Assembly: GCA_013239625.1 (NCBI GenBank)
Contig: MU053934.1
Coordinates: forward strand, 10,827,003 to 10,891,002
DNA from: Lama guanicoe
Lineage: Eukaryota
Length of the DNA stretch: 64,000 nucleotides
Direction of reading: 5' to 3'
In this document: piece by piece, positions 58,521 through 64,000 of the stretch
Layout: every line of letters begins with the position of its first letter
Position numbering within the stretch: position 1 is the stretch's first letter
Program-made: the position numbers and the translations under genes
The notes under the pieces: generated by a model
Seen by the model: only the letters and a program-made list of their open reading frames with translations
The model's database searches: none
Told to the model about the DNA's origin: nothing

Positions 58521-60919
58521 GCCTGCTGACTTCCCCTCCATTTCACTCTTGTTTTAACGTTTTCTACGGACGATGCTCCCATCCACTGCCTGCCGCGGGG
58601 TCTCGGGCTGGGGGAGGGGTCAAGGTGTCAGCGGCAGTGGCATCTGCTGTCGGACAGGAAAGCAAGGCCGACCCCCAGAACTAACTCTCGCAGTGAACCT
58701 GGGCCCCGGCCACACCGCGTTCCTGGTGCCAGCCTGCTGAGCGTGCACTCCCCTTCCCCCCATCAGCCCACTTGGCGGATCAGCTAGCGCAGGCCCCGCC
58801 CCTCGGCCGGAGGGTTACTTGCCCCTTTGGCGGATGAGGTCCTGAGGCTCAGGGGGCTGCTAAGTCCCGGGACGGCCTTGGGGCCCAGCCTGCTGCCCCC
58901 AGGGCCGGCCTGTCCCCACCAGCCCACCGCCGCCCCCTGTGGCTGAGCGGGGGCCCCCCTTGTGGCCTCACCAGTGGGCTTGCCCGGGTGCTTGGGAATT
59001 TCTCCGCAAGGTGAAGCCCTTCTCTGTGCGCTCAGGGGGAGAGGGCGGAGGTGCAGGGCTGGCTGCCCTCCCCAGTTACAGGACCGTTGTGCTGCGGACG
59101 AAGCCTGGCGGAGGTGGTCCCAGAGGGCTGGAGGGCAGCCAGGGGGCCAGGCCCACGCGAGGCACTGCCGGGGCCGTCCATCTCGCCTAATCAGATCAGC
59201 CTGGCAGCCCAGATTTGTCAGAGATGTCTGGCCGTGTCCCCATCAGATTGGTGACAATATGCTGTCCTGTTCCCCAAAGCCACTTGGCCAGAGCGATGGC
59301 TGGGGCAGGACAGCAACCTGGTGCTGTTGGGCTGGGAAGGAGGCTGAGGCCAGATTCCCAAAGTCCTTAAACGCCAAGCCAAGGATGCTGTCCAGGATCA
59401 CGTGGCACCAGATCCCCTGCCGTAGCCAGATGACACGGGCCACGCTGATTCTGGTGATTCCAGAGCTGGAAGCCACTTTGAACTTCATTTGCTGGCTGGG
59501 CAGGACACCTCTGGAGCTGGTCTGAGAGCGCCAGCAGGGTCCTAGGGAGGCTGGCCGCCTTCCTCTGCAGCCCGTGCAAATCCTAAAACCTCGGCCTGTG
59601 ACAGTCACTCCCCCACCAGCCTGGGACAGCCTTCACTCTGCTTGAAGGTGAGTGGCGTGTGCTGTGTGTGCACTGGGTGTGCACTGAGCGTGCGCAGTGT
59701 GTGTGCTGTGTGTGCTCTGCAGAGGAAGAGCCCCCACCCCCATAGTCCTTGGCCATCTTTCTTTCCAGGAGATAAACGAGTGGGTAGGGGGCCCCCTGAG
59801 GACCAGGGCGCTGGGTCTCCCCCCATCTGGGGCGATGCAGGACTCAGGAGAAGAGTCTGGCCGTGGGCGGGGTCACGGCGAGGATGGAGACGTGCGTTGA
59901 TTTAGGAGCGGCCTGCAGCCCAGACCCTGGTCTGGAGAGAGCGCACAGCCAACACGCGCTGGCTGCTCCGCCCTCCCGTCGGGTCTCCGCCTGGTCTACG
60001 GGCACCTTCTTCTCTTTCACTATTTGCAAAGCCGAGCAGGAGTTTTAAATGCCCACCAGCCAGAGGCACCTGCTGCAGTGCCTGCATTCTGGGGGCTCCA
60101 GGAGTTCCCATGCAGAGAAGACCCGTCCCTGCCGTCGGGGCTGCAGGGGAGGGCAGGGCATGCCGGTTAAGTTTGAGTTTCAGGTGGGATGAGTGTGACC
60201 TGGAGACGGACAGGCTTCCCGTGCTGTGTTTGCTCGCTCAGGCAGCTGGTCCCGGTCTCCTTGCTGGGGGAGCCGTGAGGATGGAAGTGGATTCCAGCTG
60301 TGACTCTGGGAAGGGAAGAGACAGACAGGCCTGGAGGGGCGGAGGGAAGTCTTAGCAGGGACGGAACACTGGCAGGGAGCACACCTGTGTCCACTCCGGT
60401 CGTGGGGCTGGGGTGGGGGATGTCACACTCAGTCTTCATGCTCCTGTGTCTTCAGCTTGGCCAGCCTGAGCTGGAGTTTGATTCCTTTCACGAACCACAG
60501 AGCTACCAGGCAGCAGATGGATGGACACCGTGGGGCCTCCCGGCTCTGGAACGCTGGGCTTCCCTCCTGGAAGAGGAAGGGGGCACAGGAGGCGGGCGGG
60601 TGGAGGCTCTCCTGTGAGACCGAGGGGCCCTTCCTGCTGATCCTGCTGGTGAACGAGACCGCGGCCGGGGCAAGGGTGAGTCACAGACGAGCCAACTGTG
60701 CATCCTTTGCCCCCTCCCCCGTCTCCTGTCCAAGGAGATGCTTCATCAAACCCAGGTCTTAAAGAATAACTTTCCAACAGGCGTCCTCGTGGAGAAGTAA
60801 GCCCCCTGGCCCCGGAAGCATTCCGGAAGGTGCTTGGGTGAACGAGTAGAAAAAAATGTCCCCTGAGGGCTTGGCGTAATAGCCCTCTGGGGCAACTCCA
60901 GCTTCTAGGTGCAGTCACT

Positions 60920-61130
60920 CAACCACCCACCATCCACCCAGTTATCCATCATCCACCCATCCATCCATCCAAGATTTATTATCAACTCCTTTGTGCGTGG
61001 CTAGTGCATCTGGGAACGCACATTTATTCGTACCAACCTTGGAGGAGCCATCCAGCGAGAGGTGGGGAGACGAATGGATAAACCGATAAACAGTGACAGG
61101 CAAGACTCACTATTTACAAACTTCAGGAGT
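60920..61130 (-). mobile_element. L2 3' end with a (CCAT)n tail
   Basis: (CCAT/CCAC)n followed by 'aagatttattatcaactcctttgtgc'. Confidence 0.55.
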
Positions 61131-62317
61131 GCAAAGTCCAGGCCCGGGTCCCTGATCTGAGCATTCATCGTGATTATTTGATGAGCAGATGAGCACATGC
61201 AGTGTGCATGTCCTGACCAGCCAGGGCTCGGAGTCCAGCCCCATGTGGCCCTGCACAAATCCCGGGCCTCCTCCCTGACCCTCAGGGGCCTCATCCACGG
61301 GATGGACATTAAAATGCATACTTGGCAGTGTGATGTTAAGCGTTGGAATGACACGTGTGATACTGTCACCCGGTAATTGCTGGTGTTGGAATGATGGTGG
61401 CAATCATTGCTGTGGGACCTACGGGAACCAGGGCACAGCAGGACAGGGTCTGGAGGACGAGTCGGCTCTGAGCAGTGCGTGGAGGGGTCAGGAGCAGGAT
61501 CCGGTCAGAGGTGGAGTCGGCCGTCAAGAGCGGGTCTGGAGCTCAGCCCTCGGAACTGCAGAGATCAGACAGGAGGTGAGAGGGTGAGAGCAGATGAGGG
61601 AGGGGAGGAAGGTGCTTAAGCGACGGCTTGGAGCAAAACTCCACGTTTCCATCCTGTGTTTCTACAGCAGTGTGCTGGCTCAGCCCGAGTCCAAGGATCA
61701 GGTACCGGTCTGGAAGTCAGAAGTTCCCCAGCTTGACGGCACGTGGTTTCCCCAGAGCCTGGGTGGGCAACACAGAGCGTGTCCTGAGCGGCTCCAGCCA
61801 GTCCCTGGAGGCTGCCTGGAGCCCCGCATGGGGGACATCAAGGGGGAGCAAGACTCAGCGGGAGAGGAGCAGAGATCGATTAGTGATGTCTGCCACGGGC
61901 AGAAGCGGACAAAGCCACGTGTGCACATGCTGGTCTGGCATGATTGTGACCCTAGAGGGTTGGGCCTCTCAGTCAGACTCGCAGTGACTGGTCCCACGTG
62001 GGCAGAAGCAAAATACAGTCACTCCTCCCGGGCGACACCACTGTCCTTTCCTGTCTGGAACATTCACTTACACACAGTTCAAGTGCCTGTGTGGCCAAGA
62101 TAATGCAGAGAAAGACGCCGGAAGACAGAGATCTGACCACGGTGTGGAGGTGCACACTGGTGCTGGGTGGCATCTCGTGGAGGCCAGAGGGGGCTGGTGG
62201 CCCCACGCAGCACACAGCAGAGAGCCGGTCCTGCCGGCTGATTAGACCAAGTTGGAAGCCCCACCCCGACCACCGGGGCCCTGCCCTTCTCTGTTGGCCC
62301 CTGTCGTTCACCAGTTC

Positions 62318-62832
62318 CTTTTTATTTATTTATTTTTTATTTTTAAAAATTGAAGTATAGTCAATTACAGCGATATGGTAATTTCTGACGTACAGCATAT
62401 TAATTCATTTATACATACATACTTCTTTTAATACTCTTTTTCATTATAAGTTACTACAAGGTACTGAATATAGTTCCCTGTGCTGTACAGTAGAAACTTG
62501 TTGTTTATCTATTTTATATATAGTAGTTGGTATCTGCAAATCCCGAACTCCCAATTTATCCCTTCCTACCCCCTTTTCCCCCAGGAACCATAAGTTTGTT
62601 TTCTATGTCTGCGAGTCTCTTTCTGTTTTGTAAATAAGTTTATGTCATTTTTTTTAGATTCCACATGTAAGTGATATCATATAGTGTTTGTCTTTCTCTG
62701 TCTGACTTACTTCACTTAGAATGACAATCTCCAGGTCCATCCATGTTGCTGCAAATGACATTATTTCATTCTTTTTTATGACTGAGTAGTGTTCCATTGT
62801 GTGTGTGTGTGTCTGTATAAATAACACAACTT
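62318..62832 (-). mobile_element. Lineage-specific L1 3' end
   Basis: T-rich tail, then 'ttgaagtatagtcaattac...gttccctgtgctgtacag...ttacttcacttagaatgacaatctccaggtccatccatgttgctgcaaatg'. Confidence 0.95.
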
Positions 62833-62899
62833 AAAAAATCACTGTTAATTAAAGAAAAACTAGATATCTCAAGTTAACACACTTAGCACTTCTCTGTGT

Positions 62900-63240
62900 A
62901 TAGTGTGAGGTAATCAAATTAAAATGAGCTACAAGAGAGGACCCTGGCCCAATCACCGGGTCCTTAGATGAGAAAGCACTGTGAAGACAGACACACAGGG
63001 AGAGGCCGTGGGACATGGGATGACAGAGGCAGAGATTGGAGTGACACGATTACGAGCCAAGGGTGCCAAGGACACAGGCACCACCAGAGGCTGGAGAGAC
63101 GCCTGGGATGGGTCCTCACAGGGTTCCAGAAGGAGCCTGACTTCAGGCCCCAGGCCCCCAGACAGTGAGACTCCATTTCTGTTGCTCTAAGCTTCCAGGT
63201 CCGTGGGCCTTCGTTGTAGCTGCCGAGGAGAACCACACTG
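62900..63240 (+). mobile_element. MLT1B-like LTR
   Basis: 'gaagacagacacacagggagaggccgtg...gacagaggcagagattggagtga...gagccaagggtgccaagga...ccatttctgttgctctaagc'. Confidence 0.85.
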
Positions 63241-63654
63241 AGTAGGGCGGAAAGGCAGCCGCATACGACGCTTGACTGAATCCTCGATTTTTACAAGAAG
63301 GGCAGATGGCTGTCAGCGACGTTCTGACCAAGACTTGGGAACATTTGAACCAGGGCTGGTGGTCAGAAGGCTGCCCCCGTTTTCAGCTCCTGGGGCAGGA
63401 GGCTGCGCAGCTCTGCAGGGACACCCGGCTCCCGGCAGCCCCTGCCCCTTCTGGCAGCAAAGGGGTGTGACGTCTGCAACTTGATTTCAAATGTTTCAAC
63501 AAATGAAGGAGAGCGTGAAATAAAGAGAATGCCCTGGGACCTCAGCCCTAACAACAGGGGACGAGGCCCAGCAGGTATGGGCATTTATGCGATGGTCAGC
63601 TTTGCTTTGGATTTCAAAGTTTTGTAAAATGATTTGAGGATAAAAAGTTGAGTT

Positions 63655-64000
63655 AATGTCCATTGACAGATGACTGGATAAAGAAGTTGTGGTACATTTA
63701 TACAATGGAATACTACTCAGCCATAAAAAGAATAAAATCATGCCATTTGCAGCAACATGGATGGGCCTGGAGATCATCATTCTAAGTGAAGTAAGCCAGA
63801 CAGAGAAAGAAAAATACCATATGATATCACTTATATGTGAAATCTAAAAAAAAAAGACACAAACTTATTTACAAAACAAAAAGAGACTCACAGACATAGA
63901 AAACAAACTTATGGTCACCAAGGGGGTGGGGAGGTGAGGAGGGATAAACTGGGAGTTTGGGATTTGCAGACACTGACTACTGTACATGGAATAGGTAAAC
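63655..64000 (+). mobile_element. Lineage-specific L1 3' end, running off the window
   Basis: 'aatgtccattgacagatgactggataaagaagttgtggtacatttatacaatggaatactactcagccataaaaagaat'. Confidence 0.97.

Noticed and set aside
1..64000. CRISPR arrays, operons, rRNA/tRNA genes, NUMTs or processed pseudogenes
   Set aside because: None recognisable; the sequence is mammalian non-coding DNA dominated by transposon remnants.

Overview
Mammalian genomic DNA, probably a camelid. The L1 3' ends and ERV1 LTRs are of cetartiodactyl type, and no Alu, B1/B2, Bov-tA/BovB, PRE-1 or SINEC is recognisable; this assignment is an inference. The window is GC-rich, resembles a subtelomeric isochore and looks intergenic or intronic. 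No host protein-coding gene is supported. The only ORFs with recognisable products are retroelement remnants: the L1 ORF2 C-terminus at 21.7-22.5 kb and a decayed L2 reverse transcriptase near 18.3 kb. Most recognisable content is transposable-element debris (old L1M, L2, MIR, MLT1/MLT2, ERV1 LTRs, Tigger1, MER53), plus three CpG islands (about 5-6.3, 30.1-31.4 and 52.0-52.6 kb) and several AT-rich, motif-dense islets that may be enhancers. The clearest structural events are: (1) a young L1 with a 5' inversion (twin priming) and a perfect 18-bp TSD; (2) a ~240-bp copy of local sequence inserted 3.7 kb away into an old L1; (3) an ERV1 solo LTR with TSD, and a truncated ERV1 with PPT and 3' LTR; (4) a Tigger1 derivative nested in L1 ORF2; (5) local A/T-to-G/C rewriting of repeats, suggesting GC-biased gene conversion. 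Repeat family names come from recalled consensus sequences, and boundaries are approximate unless a TSD or TIR is given. I found no convincing novel multi-gene system.
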